This document shows positions 38,597-48,094 of a stretch of DNA of 64,000 bases, piece after piece (within the stretch, counting starts at the first letter, position 1; the number at the start of each line of letters is the position of its first letter). Both the position numbers and the translations under genes were made by a program. Source of the stretch: Gemmatimonadaceae bacterium (GTDB lineage: Bacteria > Gemmatimonadota > Gemmatimonadetes > Gemmatimonadales > Gemmatimonadaceae); assembly GCA_051859245.1 (NCBI GenBank), contig JBHYGA010000004.1:256001-320000 (forward strand). The letters run 5' to 3'. The notes under the pieces were generated by a model. The model did not search any database and was not told where the DNA came from. It saw only the letters and a program-made list of their open reading frames with translations.

Positions 38597-38634
38597 GAAA
38601 CGGGGCCGACCACCACCATGGTCGGCCCCGTTTC
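38597..38634 (+). terminator. Perfect 16-bp hairpin after the SIMPL gene
   Basis: GAAACGGGGCCGACCA-CCACCA-TGGTCGGCCCCGTTTC. Confidence 0.75.
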
Positions 38635-38644
38635 ACGTGAAACC
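38629..38644. promoter_or_regulatory. parS: parS site 1
   Basis: CGTTTCACGTGAAACC; 14-bp perfect palindromic core matching the parS consensus; close to parAB. Confidence 0.88.
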
Positions 38645-38653
38645 ACGCCAAAA

Positions 38654-38810
38654 AACAGCATCTACCACGGAGGCGCGGAGGCACAGAGACGGCATGACGA
38701 AGTCACGCAGCGCCTCTCACAAAAGTAGAGAGTGCACTTACGGAATCCGCCTCGTTCTCGCCCAAGCATGCTGTCCTCCGTGCCTCCGCGCCTCCGTGGT
38801 AAACGCTGTT
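38654..38810. repeat. Long imperfect inverted repeat (palindromic element 2)
   Basis: AACAGCATCTACCACGGAGGCGCGGAGGCACAGAGACGGCATG (38654-38696) pairs with CATGCTGTCCTCCGTGCCTCCGCGCCTCCGTGGTAAACGCTGTT (38767-38810). Confidence 0.9.
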
Positions 38811-38855
38811 GCAGTTCCCCCAAGGTCGCCGGCCTCCTCGCGTTTGCGGTTGCTC

Positions 38856-38997
38856 TTCTTTGTGTCCTTCGTGCTTTCGTGTCCTTCCCGCCGCAGTTCC
38901 CCCAGCACTAGGCGCACCTCGCCGATAGAACTCAGATGGTCTCGCCGGCGGGAGAACTACGGCGGGAAGGACACGAAAGCACGAAGGACACAAAGAA
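38856..38997. repeat. Near-perfect 44-bp inverted repeat (palindromic element 3)
   Basis: 38856-38899 versus 38954-38997 match at 43/44; internal tandem GACACGAAAGCACGAAGGACACAAAG. Confidence 0.92.
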
Positions 38998-39082
38998 CTG
39001 CAAAAAGACTTGCGGGAGCGAAGGCTCGAAGGCCCGATCGAACCCACGAGACACAAAGATCACATCTGAGCGCCGTCCACAC

Positions 39083-39098
39083 TGTTCCACGTGGAACA
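39083..39098. promoter_or_regulatory. parS: parS site 2
   Basis: TGTTCCACGTGGAACA, perfect 16-bp palindrome about 100 bp upstream of parA. Confidence 0.95.
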
Positions 39099-39202
39099 TT
39101 CCGGCGCGAAAACGCCCCGGCCGGCAATGAAAAGCACCCCAACCCGCCCCCGGCACGTTATACTAGAAACGCACACTCTCCTCCCCGCACCCAGACCCAT
39201 CC

Positions 39203-39994
39203 GTGGCCCGTATCCTCGCAATCGCCAACCAGAAAGGCGGCGTCGGCAAGACCACTACCGCCGTCAATCTCGCGGCCTCCCTCGCCGTGGCTGAACAGCG
39301 CACCCTGCTGCTCGATGGCGACCCCCAAGGCAACGCCACCTCCGGCATGGGGCTCAATCGCGACGACATGGCCGGCGCCACAACCTACGAGCTGCTCCTG
39401 GGAGAGAAGACCGTGCACGAAGTGATCCGGCGCGGCGTCCAGTTCAAACACCTCGACGTCATCCCCGCCACGCCTGACCTGGCCGGTGCGGAAGTGGAGC
39501 TGGTCGACGCTGATGACCGCGCCATGCGCATGGCCCAGGCCCTCGAAGCCATCACGAACGACTACGACTATATCCTGCTCGACTGCCCGCCATCGCTCGG
39601 CTTGATCACCCTCAACATGCTCGCCGCCGCCGACGCGCTGATCATTCCGCTCCAGTGCGAGTATTACGCCCTCGAAGGACTGTCGCAGCTGCTCGGCACC
39701 GTGCAACGGGTCCAGGAACACCTGAACCCCAAGCTCGAAATCGGCGGTGTGCTGCTCACCATGTTCGACGCACGACTCAACCTCTCGCGCCAGGTCGTGG
39801 CCGACGCGCGCGAGCACTTTGGCGACCGGGTGTTCGATACCATCGTGCCCCGCAATATCCGCCTCGCCGAAGCCCCATCGTTCGGCAAACCGATCGTGGT
39901 GTACGACCTCTCCTCGATCGGAGCACAATCCTATATGAGCGTCGCTCGCGAGTTGCTCGAACGCGATCGGAAAGCCAGCGCACCAACGACCTGA
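39203..39994 (+). CDS. parA: Chromosome partitioning ATPase ParA/Soj
   Basis: NQKGGVGKTTT, DPQGNAT, DCPPSLG, QCEYYALEG, RNIRLAEAPSFG. Confidence 0.97.
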   Translation: MARILAIANQKGGVGKTTTAVNLAASLAVAEQRTLLLDGDPQGNATSGMGLNRDDMAGATTYELLLGEKTVHEVIRRGVQFKHLDVIPATPDLAGAEVELVDADDRAMRMAQALEAITNDYDYILLDCPPSLGLITLNMLAAADALIIPLQCEYYALEGLSQLLGTVQRVQEHLNPKLEIGGVLLTMFDARLNLSRQVVADAREHFGDRVFDTIVPRNIRLAEAPSFGKPIVVYDLSSIGAQSYMSVARELLERDRKASAPTT

Positions 39995-40007
39995 TAGCGA
40001 CCCGACC

Positions 40008-40964
40008 ATGGCCACTCCCCCTCCCGAATCCGGACGACGCCTGGGCCGAGGCCTCGACGCCCTGATCGGCGCCCGAAAGCCTGCTCCAGCTGCGCAATCG
40101 ATCGCCACCGAACATTCACCGAAAACAGACGCGTCCGAACAAGGGGCACTGCGCGCCATTCCGATCGGCCAGATCCGCGCCAACCCCTTTCAGCCGCGCC
40201 AAGAGTTCAGGCCCGAACAGTTGGCAGATCTTGAAGCCAGCCTGAAGGTCAATGGCCTGCTCCAACCGATCACCGTGCGCCCCTCTCCCACGGGCTCCGG
40301 CTTCGAACTTATCGCCGGCGAACGACGCTACCGCGCCGCCACTCGGCTCGGCTGGACCGAAATACCAGCCCTGATCAAATCGGTTGACGACCGCGAAGCA
40401 CTCTCGCTCGCCCTCGTTGAAAACCTGCAGCGCGCCGACCTCGATCCTATAGAAGAGGCCGAGGGCTACCAGCGCCTGCAGCAGGAATTCAGCGCGACCC
40501 AGCAGCAGGTCGCTGACGCCGTGGGCAAAGACCGCTCCACGGTCGCTAACGCCTTGCGACTCCTCCAGCTCCCGGCCAGCGTGCGTCGCCTGTTGCAGGA
40601 AGGGCAGCTCACCACCGGCCACGCGCGTGCACTGCTCGGGCTCACGACCGAACGCGCCATGGCCGACCTCGCTCGCGACAGCGTGGCGCAGGGTATGTCC
40701 GTGCGCGAAGTCGAGCGACGCGTAAAAGCCGTTCGCCCCGCGCCCACCGGTGGTACGGCACCCAAAGCCAAACCAGCCGCGCCCCCCACCACCAGCGCCG
40801 CCGCCGCAGAAACGCGACGCCTGGAAGAGCTGCTCCGGCGTCGGTTGCAAACGCAGGTGCAAATTGCCGCCACCGGTCGGGATCAGGGCGAGCTCCGGAT
40901 TGCGTTCACTTCAAACGAAGATCTCGAGCGTCTGCTGGAGCTGATTGGCGTCTCCTTCGAGTAG
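40008..40964 (+). CDS. parB: Chromosome partitioning protein ParB/Spo0J
   Basis: LGRGLDAL, NPFQPR, IAGERRYRA, ENLQR.DL, GKDRSTVAN.LRLL. Confidence 0.97.
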   Translation: MATPPPESGRRLGRGLDALIGARKPAPAAQSIATEHSPKTDASEQGALRAIPIGQIRANPFQPRQEFRPEQLADLEASLKVNGLLQPITVRPSPTGSGFELIAGERRYRAATRLGWTEIPALIKSVDDREALSLALVENLQRADLDPIEEAEGYQRLQQEFSATQQQVADAVGKDRSTVANALRLLQLPASVRRLLQEGQLTTGHARALLGLTTERAMADLARDSVAQGMSVREVERRVKAVRPAPTGGTAPKAKPAAPPTTSAAAAETRRLEELLRRRLQTQVQIAATGRDQGELRIAFTSNEDLERLLELIGVSFE

Positions 40965-40993
40965 CCGATTTTAACGACATAACACAACCATAA

Positions 40994-42082
40994 ATGCGTC
41001 ATCATAAGGCGATGGCTGCCTTCTCAATGCTCTTTTCCAGCAATCCGGTCAACCGCCGAGTCCTCACGCGCGCGCTCGCGTCAGTCGCGGCACTCGCCGC
41101 GCTCGCGGCCTGCGGCGGCGATAAGCCGGAAGCCGCGCCCGCCATGAGCGAGTTTCGCGTCGCGCTCCTCACCCCGGGGCCCATCTCTGATCAGGCGTGG
41201 AACGGCGGCGCCTATGACGGCCTGATGGCCCTGCGCGACTCGCTTGGCGCCAAGGTCAGTCATATCCAGACCAAAACGCCGGCCGAGTTCGAGGAGAACT
41301 TCCGGCAGTATGGGGCGCAGGGCTACGACATGGTGGTTGGCCACGGCTTCGAGTTTCAGGACGCCGCGCTGCGCGTCGCACCCGCGTACCCGAACACCGT
41401 CTTCATTTGTACCTCCGGCAACGCCACGGCACCGAACCTGTCGGGGATGAACTTCGCCTTTGAAGAAGTCTCATTCCAGCTCGGCATGATTGCCGGTGCG
41501 CTGACCAAGACCGGCATCATCGGCGCGATCGGCGGCGGGGATCTTCCACCCGTGAGCGCCAGTTTCAAAGCCTACGAGCGCGGCGCGAAGTTCTCGAACC
41601 CCAACGTGACGGTGCTCATTTCATACTTGGGCACGTGGGACGACGTAAACGCCGGCAAGGAACAGACGCTAGCTCAGATCGCGCGCGGCGCCGACATTGT
41701 TTTTCAAAACGCAGACGCCGCAGGACTCGGCATTATTGCCGCCGCGCGTGAAAAGAATATCCTCGCGTTTGGCGCGAACTCGAATCAGAACAACATCGCG
41801 CCTGATCACATTCTGGGTTCGATCGTGATCAACTGGCCGCGCGCGATGCTCACGGTCGCGCGTGAAATCCAGGCCGCACCATACAAGAGCACGGTCTATC
41901 AGTTCGGTTTGCGCGCCGACGTCGTGAACCTGGTGCTCAATCCCAAGCTCGAATCACGCCTGCCTGATACGCTGCGCGCACGCGTGGACTCCGTTGGCAA
42001 CGCCATTCGCGAAGGCCGCTTTCACGAAATGGACGACGTCCTGCGTCCGGCCGACAAACGCACGGACACCGCACGCCCGTGA
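40994..42082 (+). CDS. BMP-family ABC substrate-binding lipoprotein (nucleoside type)
   Basis: Lipobox LAAC; DQAWN, GHGFEF, TKTG.IG.IGG, GADIVF; start uncertain. Confidence 0.88.
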   Translation: MRHHKAMAAFSMLFSSNPVNRRVLTRALASVAALAALAACGGDKPEAAPAMSEFRVALLTPGPISDQAWNGGAYDGLMALRDSLGAKVSHIQTKTPAEFEENFRQYGAQGYDMVVGHGFEFQDAALRVAPAYPNTVFICTSGNATAPNLSGMNFAFEEVSFQLGMIAGALTKTGIIGAIGGGDLPPVSASFKAYERGAKFSNPNVTVLISYLGTWDDVNAGKEQTLAQIARGADIVFQNADAAGLGIIAAAREKNILAFGANSNQNNIAPDHILGSIVINWPRAMLTVAREIQAAPYKSTVYQFGLRADVVNLVLNPKLESRLPDTLRARVDSVGNAIREGRFHEMDDVLRPADKRTDTARP

Positions 42083-42855
42083 GCACACCACTCGCCGAGA
42101 TCGTGACCGCCCTTGATCACGAGCTGCGCACGCGTGACATCACCGACTACGGTGGTGCGCACAACGGCTTGCAGGTCGCGAATCGCAGCGGCATCACACG
42201 AGTCGCGACCGCAGTGGACGCGTCGCGTGATACGATTAAAGATGCCGCGGCGAGTGGCGCCAACCTGCTCATCGTGCATCACGGACTGTTCTGGGTTGGT
42301 GTGCAACCAATCACTGGTGTCACGTACGAACGCTTGCGGTTGCTGCTTGACCACGACATCGCGCTCTACAGCTCGCATCTACCGCTCGACGCCCATCCGT
42401 CACTCGGCAACAATGTGCAGCTGGCACAGGCGCTCGGCCTCACACCATCAGGTGAGTTTGCGCAGCACAAGGGGTTTGCCATTGGAGTACGAGGCGCTGC
42501 AGACATGGCCACATCCTCACTGGTAGAACGCGCGCGCGTGTACGCCGAGTCGTACGGTGGCAGTGTGCGCACCTCACTGCCGGCTGGCGATCGCCACACC
42601 AAACACTGGGCGATTTGCACGGGCGGCGGCGCGAACAGCGACACGCTGCGCGAAGCGTACGCGCTTGGCGTTGACACATTGATTGTTGGCGAAGGTCCAC
42701 ATCACACCGCTGTCGACGCCATCGAGCACGATCTCTGCGTGATCTACGCCGGCCATTACGCGACCGAAACGCTCGGCGTGCAAGCGCTCGGCTCGTGGCT
42801 GCACGCGCAATTCGCCCTGCCACACGGATTCATTCTCCGCCCCACGGGGCTGTGA
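42079..42855 (+). CDS. Nif3/YbgI-like dinuclear metal-centre protein
   Basis: NGLQV, VHHGLFW, HLPLDAH..GNN, GHYATE. Confidence 0.93.
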   Translation: MSTPLAEIVTALDHELRTRDITDYGGAHNGLQVANRSGITRVATAVDASRDTIKDAAASGANLLIVHHGLFWVGVQPITGVTYERLRLLLDHDIALYSSHLPLDAHPSLGNNVQLAQALGLTPSGEFAQHKGFAIGVRGAADMATSSLVERARVYAESYGGSVRTSLPAGDRHTKHWAICTGGGANSDTLREAYALGVDTLIVGEGPHHTAVDAIEHDLCVIYAGHYATETLGVQALGSWLHAQFALPHGFILRPTGL

Positions 42856-42862
42856 GTCAGGC

Positions 42863-44392
42863 GTGATCTCTGGTCACGACCGTAAGGCACAGCCAAAACT
42901 CGGCGCTCCGGAAACACCCGCGCTCGCGTTGCGCAATGTGAGTAAATCGTTTGGCGACGTACGCGCCCTGCACAACGTCGACCTGATCATTCGCCGCGGC
43001 ACGGTGCACGCGTTGCTCGGTGAAAATGGCGCGGGCAAGAGCACACTCATGCGCGTGGCCTTTGGACTCGCCACCGCAGACGCAGGCACGATACAAATCG
43101 GCGACGCTATGCACAGTGGTGCCGAAGCACGCACACACACCCCCGCGAATGCCATGTCGCTTGGGCTGGGCATGGTGCACCAACACTTCTCGCTCGTGTC
43201 CGCCATGACCGTCGCCGAAAATATCGCACTCGGCAATCGCGGACGATTCACGCCGGCGCAGGTGGCCGACTCGGTGCGCGAGATCGGAACGCGCACCGGA
43301 CTGTCGCTCGATCCCCATGCGCTGGTGAGCGAGCTGTCGGTCAGTGCGCAACAACGCTGCGAGATCATCAAGGCCCTTGCGCGCAACGCCCGCGTGCTGA
43401 TTCTCGATGAACCCACTGCTGTGCTCGCGCCCGAGGAAGCCCGTGCCCTGCTGCGGTGGGTGCGTGCGTTTGCGAACGAACACCCGGACCACGCGGTGGT
43501 GCTCATTACGCACAAGCTGCGCGACGCACTCGCGGTTGCCGATGACGTCACGGTACTGCGTCGCGGTGAACTCGTGGCTACTGGAACGGCGCAGAGTTTC
43601 ACTGAAGCGTCACTGGCCGATGCCATGCTCGGCCCGCACGAACGCAGCGCGCAACTCACCGAAGAAGTCGTGCCGATTGTCACACGGCACACCGATAGCG
43701 TGGGTGCGCATCATGTCGTGGTGCAGGCCGACGCACTCACGATTCACGATGCGCGTGGTGTACCGCGCGTGCGGCACGCATCGTTCACTGTGCGCGCCGG
43801 CGAAGTGGTTGGACTCGCCGCCATCGAAGGCGCCGGACAGGCGGAGTTGCTGCGCGCGGTGGCTGGACTGTTGCCGGTGCACAGTGGACGGTTACATCGT
43901 CCCGAGGAGGTGGGCTTCGTGCCAGAAGATCGGCATCGCGACGCCTTGTTGCTCGACGCGTCGCTCACGGAAAACTTTGCGCTGCGTGATGCCGGCTCGC
44001 GTCGAGGCCGAGTACCGTGGTCCGAGCTCGCGGCGCGCACCACAGCGGTGATGCGCGATCGTGATGTGCGGGCGGCGAGCGCCACGGTTGCCGCACGGAC
44101 GCTTTCGGGCGGTAATCAACAGAAGTTTGTGCTGGCGCGTGCGCTCGATGATGCACCGCCTGCGTTGGTCATCGAAAACCCAACCCGTGGGCTCGACTTT
44201 CGGGCCACGGCGGCCGTGCACGCCGCATTGCATGATGCGCGCGACGCCGGCATTGCGGTGCTCTTTTACAGTAGTGATCTCGACGAAGTGCTCACGGTGG
44301 CCGACCGCGTGCTGGTGCTGCACAACGGGTCGTTGCGCGAGGTCACACGCGAACGCGAAGCGGTAGGTCGCGCAATGCTGGGCGTGTCGTGA
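42863..44392 (+). CDS. ABC ATPase, duplicated domain, sugar/nucleoside type
   Basis: GENGAGKST, GMVHQHF, LDEPT, PEDR, LSGGNQQK. Confidence 0.93.
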   Translation: MISGHDRKAQPKLGAPETPALALRNVSKSFGDVRALHNVDLIIRRGTVHALLGENGAGKSTLMRVAFGLATADAGTIQIGDAMHSGAEARTHTPANAMSLGLGMVHQHFSLVSAMTVAENIALGNRGRFTPAQVADSVREIGTRTGLSLDPHALVSELSVSAQQRCEIIKALARNARVLILDEPTAVLAPEEARALLRWVRAFANEHPDHAVVLITHKLRDALAVADDVTVLRRGELVATGTAQSFTEASLADAMLGPHERSAQLTEEVVPIVTRHTDSVGAHHVVVQADALTIHDARGVPRVRHASFTVRAGEVVGLAAIEGAGQAELLRAVAGLLPVHSGRLHRPEEVGFVPEDRHRDALLLDASLTENFALRDAGSRRGRVPWSELAARTTAVMRDRDVRAASATVAARTLSGGNQQKFVLARALDDAPPALVIENPTRGLDFRATAAVHAALHDARDAGIAVLFYSSDLDEVLTVADRVLVLHNGSLREVTREREAVGRAMLGVS

Positions 44393-45492
44393 ATACGTCC
44401 CTGTCACCCGTGCTGGCGGCGATCGCGCGCGTGGCGGTCTTGCTGACCGTCACACTCGGTCTGCTCGTCGTGCTCTTGATCACGAGTGGTTACGACGCCG
44501 CTGATGCCATGCAAGCCATGGTGCGCGGCGCGGCAGGCTCATGGTACGCGATCACGTCGGCCACGCTCGTCCGGGCAGTTCCCCTCGCCCTCGCGGGCCT
44601 CGCGGTGGCCGTCGCGTTCCGCGCCGGTCTGCTCAACATTGGCGCCGAGGGTCAGCTATTGGCAGGCGCGGCGGGTGCGGCGGCCGTAGCGACGCTGTTG
44701 GGTAGAACGCCCGGCGCCTACATGCTACCAATCGTACTGCTCACCGGTATCGTGGCGGGTGGCGCGTGGGCAGGCATCGCGTCGTGGTTGCGTCAGCGTT
44801 TTGGCGTACTCGAAGTGATCAGCACGATCATGCTCAACTTTGTGGCGCTCAATGCCGTGGGTTGGCTTGTACGCGGCCCGCTGCAGGAACCCACGCGCAT
44901 TTATCCGCAAACAGAGGCGCTGGTGCCGGCCCTGCAACTCCCCGTGTTGCTGAGTGGCACGCGACTGCACCTTGGCATTGTGCTGGCGGTGATGCTGGCC
45001 GTCATCGCGTGGTGGTGGATGCGTACAACCGCCGGTGGATTTCGTCTGCGCGCTGTTGGTATGAATGCAAACGCAGCGGCAGTCTCCGGCCGCATCAATG
45101 TGGCGCGCGTCAGTTTGTTCGCCTTTCTCGCCAGCGGTGCCTTGGCTGGACTCGCCGGTGCGGTTGAACTCACGGGCGTCACGTACGCTCTCTACGAATC
45201 ACTGAGCCCTGGCTACGGATACACGGCCATCGCCGTGGCACTGCTGGCGCGATTGCATCCGCTCGGTGTGCTAGGCACGGCGGTCTTGTTTGGTGCATTG
45301 CAGGCGGGCGGCAATGCCATGCAGCGCGACGCGGGCGTGCCCATTGCCCTCGTGAACGTGGTGGAGGCGGTGCTGATCTTGCTGGTCATTGCCGCTGATC
45401 GCCTGCAGGAGTACCGCTCGCGTAGTGCAAGCGCCGGGGCACGCGGGGCGACGCCATCGGTGCCGTCAAACGCGGTCAGCGTGCCATCATGA
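44389..45492 (+). CDS. ABC permease, nucleoside type
   Basis: LNIGAEGQ, EVISTIMLN, GYGYTAIAVALL; multi-TM. Confidence 0.92.
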   Translation: MNTSLSPVLAAIARVAVLLTVTLGLLVVLLITSGYDAADAMQAMVRGAAGSWYAITSATLVRAVPLALAGLAVAVAFRAGLLNIGAEGQLLAGAAGAAAVATLLGRTPGAYMLPIVLLTGIVAGGAWAGIASWLRQRFGVLEVISTIMLNFVALNAVGWLVRGPLQEPTRIYPQTEALVPALQLPVLLSGTRLHLGIVLAVMLAVIAWWWMRTTAGGFRLRAVGMNANAAAVSGRINVARVSLFAFLASGALAGLAGAVELTGVTYALYESLSPGYGYTAIAVALLARLHPLGVLGTAVLFGALQAGGNAMQRDAGVPIALVNVVEAVLILLVIAADRLQEYRSRSASAGARGATPSVPSNAVSVPS

Positions 45493-46412
45493 TCGTGCCA
45501 CTCGAAGACTTTCTCGCGGCCGCTGTGCGCACCGCGACACCCCTCGCGTTTGCCGCACTCGGTGAGTGTGTCACTGAACGCAGCGGGGTGATCAACATCG
45601 GGCTCGAAGGTTCGATCATTTGCGGCGCGCTCGCGGCCACGATTGTGGCGGGCAGTGTGGGAGTGGCCGGCGGCTTTGCGGCCGGCGCCGCAGCGGGACT
45701 GATTGTGACGCTGATCTTTGCGCTGTTCGCCGTTTATCTGCGCGCTGACCAGATCATTACCGGTACCGCCATCACGCTGCTGTCGCTCGGATTCACCGGA
45801 CTGGTGTATAAAGCGTTTTACGGCGCGACGGGTGTTGGTCTCACCATTCCCACGATTGGTGCGGTCGACATTCCGCTGCTCTCGCAAGTTCCGCTGCTTG
45901 GTCGTGCATTGTTTTCGCAGCCGGTGGTCACGTACGCGCTCTACGCCATTGTTCCGGTCATGACATGGTGGTTCTGGCGCACACATGCAGGACTCGCGCT
46001 GCGTGCGGTGGGCGAGAGTCCCGACGCCGCGCTTGCGGCGGGCGTTCGTCCGCGATTGGTGCAGCTGCTCGCCGTCTTGTTCGGTGGCGCGTTTGCCGGC
46101 ATTGCGGGTGCAACGCTGGTACTCGCGCAATCGGGCACGTTCGTTGAAAACATGAGCGCTGGCAAAGGCTTCATAGCGATTGCGATTGTTGTGCTGGGTC
46201 GCTGGACTCCGCTCGGCGTAACAGGCGCAGCGTTGCTGTTTGGTGGCGCCAGCGCGTTGCAGTATCTGTTTCAGTCGCTGGGCTGGAGCAATGTGCCGTA
46301 TCAGTTGTTTCTCGCGTTTCCGTATGTGCTCACGCTGGTAGTGCTCGCCCGCGCCAGCGGTCGATCGGCCGCACCAGCGGCACTCGCGCGACGCAAACTC
46401 TCGCTTGGATAG
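45489..46412 (+). CDS. ABC permease, nucleoside type
   Basis: ERSGVINIGLEG, RAVGESP, GKGFIAIA...GRW, PYVLT. Confidence 0.92.
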   Translation: MIVPLEDFLAAAVRTATPLAFAALGECVTERSGVINIGLEGSIICGALAATIVAGSVGVAGGFAAGAAAGLIVTLIFALFAVYLRADQIITGTAITLLSLGFTGLVYKAFYGATGVGLTIPTIGAVDIPLLSQVPLLGRALFSQPVVTYALYAIVPVMTWWFWRTHAGLALRAVGESPDAALAAGVRPRLVQLLAVLFGGAFAGIAGATLVLAQSGTFVENMSAGKGFIAIAIVVLGRWTPLGVTGAALLFGGASALQYLFQSLGWSNVPYQLFLAFPYVLTLVVLARASGRSAAPAALARRKLSLG

Positions 46413-46430
46413 ATCATTGTTCGTTCTCGC

Positions 46431-48038
46431 ATGCCACCGATGACTGCTCTCACGTTCGACAATCGCTTCGTCGCCGAGTTGCCGGGCGATCCTGATACGT
46501 CGAATCGGCGGCGGCAGGTGCTCGGCGCGTGCTGGAGTGCCGTAGAGCCAACGCCCGTGGCGGCGCCCACCGTGCTCGCACACGCGCGCGAAGTCGCCGA
46601 GCTGGTTGGCCTCACGTCTGATGATGTTGCATCGCCTGCATTCGCACGCGTGTTCGGTGGCAACGCGCTCTACGCGGGCATGCAACCGTACGCCGCGTGT
46701 TACGGCGGTCATCAGTTTGGCAACTGGGCTGGTCAGTTGGGAGACGGGCGCGCCATCACACTCGGCGAAGTGGTGAACACGCGCGGCGAACGCTGGGAAC
46801 TGCAACTCAAAGGAGCGGGCCCGACGCCGTACTCGCGCACGGCGGATGGCCGCGCTGTTCTGCGCTCGAGCGTGCGCGAGTTTCTGTGCAGCGAAGCCAT
46901 GTATCATTTGGGTGTGCGCACCACGCGCGCACTGAGTCTGGTAGACACCGGTGAACCTGTGGTGCGCGACATGTTTTACGACGGCAACGCACAAGCCGAA
47001 CGGGGCGCGATTGTCTGTCGCGTCGCGCCAAGTTTCATTCGCTTTGGCAACTTTGAGATTCTGGCCGCGCGCGATGAACGGGCGCTGCTCAATCAGTTGG
47101 TCGACTTCACCATTGCGCGTGACTTCGCGCACCTTGAAGGTGACGCGGCGACAAAACGCTCCGCCTGGTTTCGCGAAGTGTGCGAGCGCTCGGCGCGCAT
47201 GGTCGTGGATTGGATGCGCGTAGGCTTTGTGCACGGTGTCATGAACACCGATAACATGTCCATTCTTGGGCTCACGATTGATTACGGCCCGTACGGCTGG
47301 CTCGAAGACTTTGATCCCAACTGGACGCCCAACACGACCGACGCGGTGGGTCGCCGGTATCGGTACGGTCAACAGCCCGCCATTGTGCAGTGGAACCTCG
47401 TGCGTCTTGCAGAGGCGCTGCGACCGGTGTTCGATACGCCCGAACCGCTTGAAGCCGGGCTGGATGCGTTTCTTGCAGTGTATGATGGCGCGTACGAACG
47501 CATGATGAGTGCGAAGTTCGGGTTTGCTGAGCGTGGCGCGAGCGGAGACAACGTCGCGCTTGATGACACCGAACAACAACTCATCCGCGAAGCTTTCGGC
47601 CTCATGCACGCGGCACAGGCCGACTACACGCTCTTCTTCCGCGCACTCGGCAACGTGCCCGATGTGATCCCGCACGACGCGACCATCGTGAGTGTGCTCG
47701 GCGATGTGTTCTACCACGACGACGTGCTGGTCACGCACAACGAACCGTTCATGCAGTGGTTGCGGCGCTGGCACGCCCACGTGCTGTCGACCGGCGCATC
47801 GTCCACGGCACGCCGCGCCCGAATGCACGCCGTGAATCCCAAGTACGTGCTGCGTAACTGGATTGCCCAGGAAGCCATCGACCTCGCCGATCAGGGCGAC
47901 AGTTCACGCATTCACGAACTGCTCGACCTGCTGCGCACCCCCTATCACGAGCAGCCGGACAAGGAGCGTTTCGCCGCCAAACGACCCGAATGGGCGCGGC
48001 ACAAGGCGGGGTGTTCGATGCTGTCTTGTAGTTCGTAG
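46431..48038 (+). CDS. selO: Protein adenylyltransferase SelO/YdiU
   Basis: YGGHQFG...[47 protein letters not shown]-terminal CSMLSCSS. Confidence 0.96.
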   Translation: MPPMTALTFDNRFVAELPGDPDTSNRRRQVLGACWSAVEPTPVAAPTVLAHAREVAELVGLTSDDVASPAFARVFGGNALYAGMQPYAACYGGHQFGNWAGQLGDGRAITLGEVVNTRGERWELQLKGAGPTPYSRTADGRAVLRSSVREFLCSEAMYHLGVRTTRALSLVDTGEPVVRDMFYDGNAQAERGAIVCRVAPSFIRFGNFEILAARDERALLNQLVDFTIARDFAHLEGDAATKRSAWFREVCERSARMVVDWMRVGFVHGVMNTDNMSILGLTIDYGPYGWLEDFDPNWTPNTTDAVGRRYRYGQQPAIVQWNLVRLAEALRPVFDTPEPLEAGLDAFLAVYDGAYERMMSAKFGFAERGASGDNVALDDTEQQLIREAFGLMHAAQADYTLFFRALGNVPDVIPHDATIVSVLGDVFYHDDVLVTHNEPFMQWLRRWHAHVLSTGASSTARRARMHAVNPKYVLRNWIAQEAIDLADQGDSSRIHELLDLLRTPYHEQPDKERFAAKRPEWARHKAGCSMLSCSS

Positions 48039-48094
48039 CCAGAAAACCCGGTCCGTTCCATTGCGGCGATGCGCGCCATAGGCCATCGTCCCGC

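Noticed and set aside
37526..39060. CRISPR array or IS element
   Set aside because: Repeats are inverted and differ between elements; no regular direct repeats, cas genes, transposase or clear target duplications.
35280..39200. oriC near mnmG/parS
   Set aside because: No cluster of TTATCCACA-like DnaA boxes seen in the intergenic gaps; the AT-rich stretch near 37600-37680 is a palindrome spacer.
38637..39425. 262-aa ORF upstream of parA and other ORFs across the palindromes
   Set aside because: Low-complexity translation of repeats and parS sites; overlaps parA out of frame.
45213..47828. 871-aa minus-strand ORF
   Set aside because: Antisense shadow of the permease and selO genes with no motifs; expected in GC-rich DNA, as are most short ORFs in the track.
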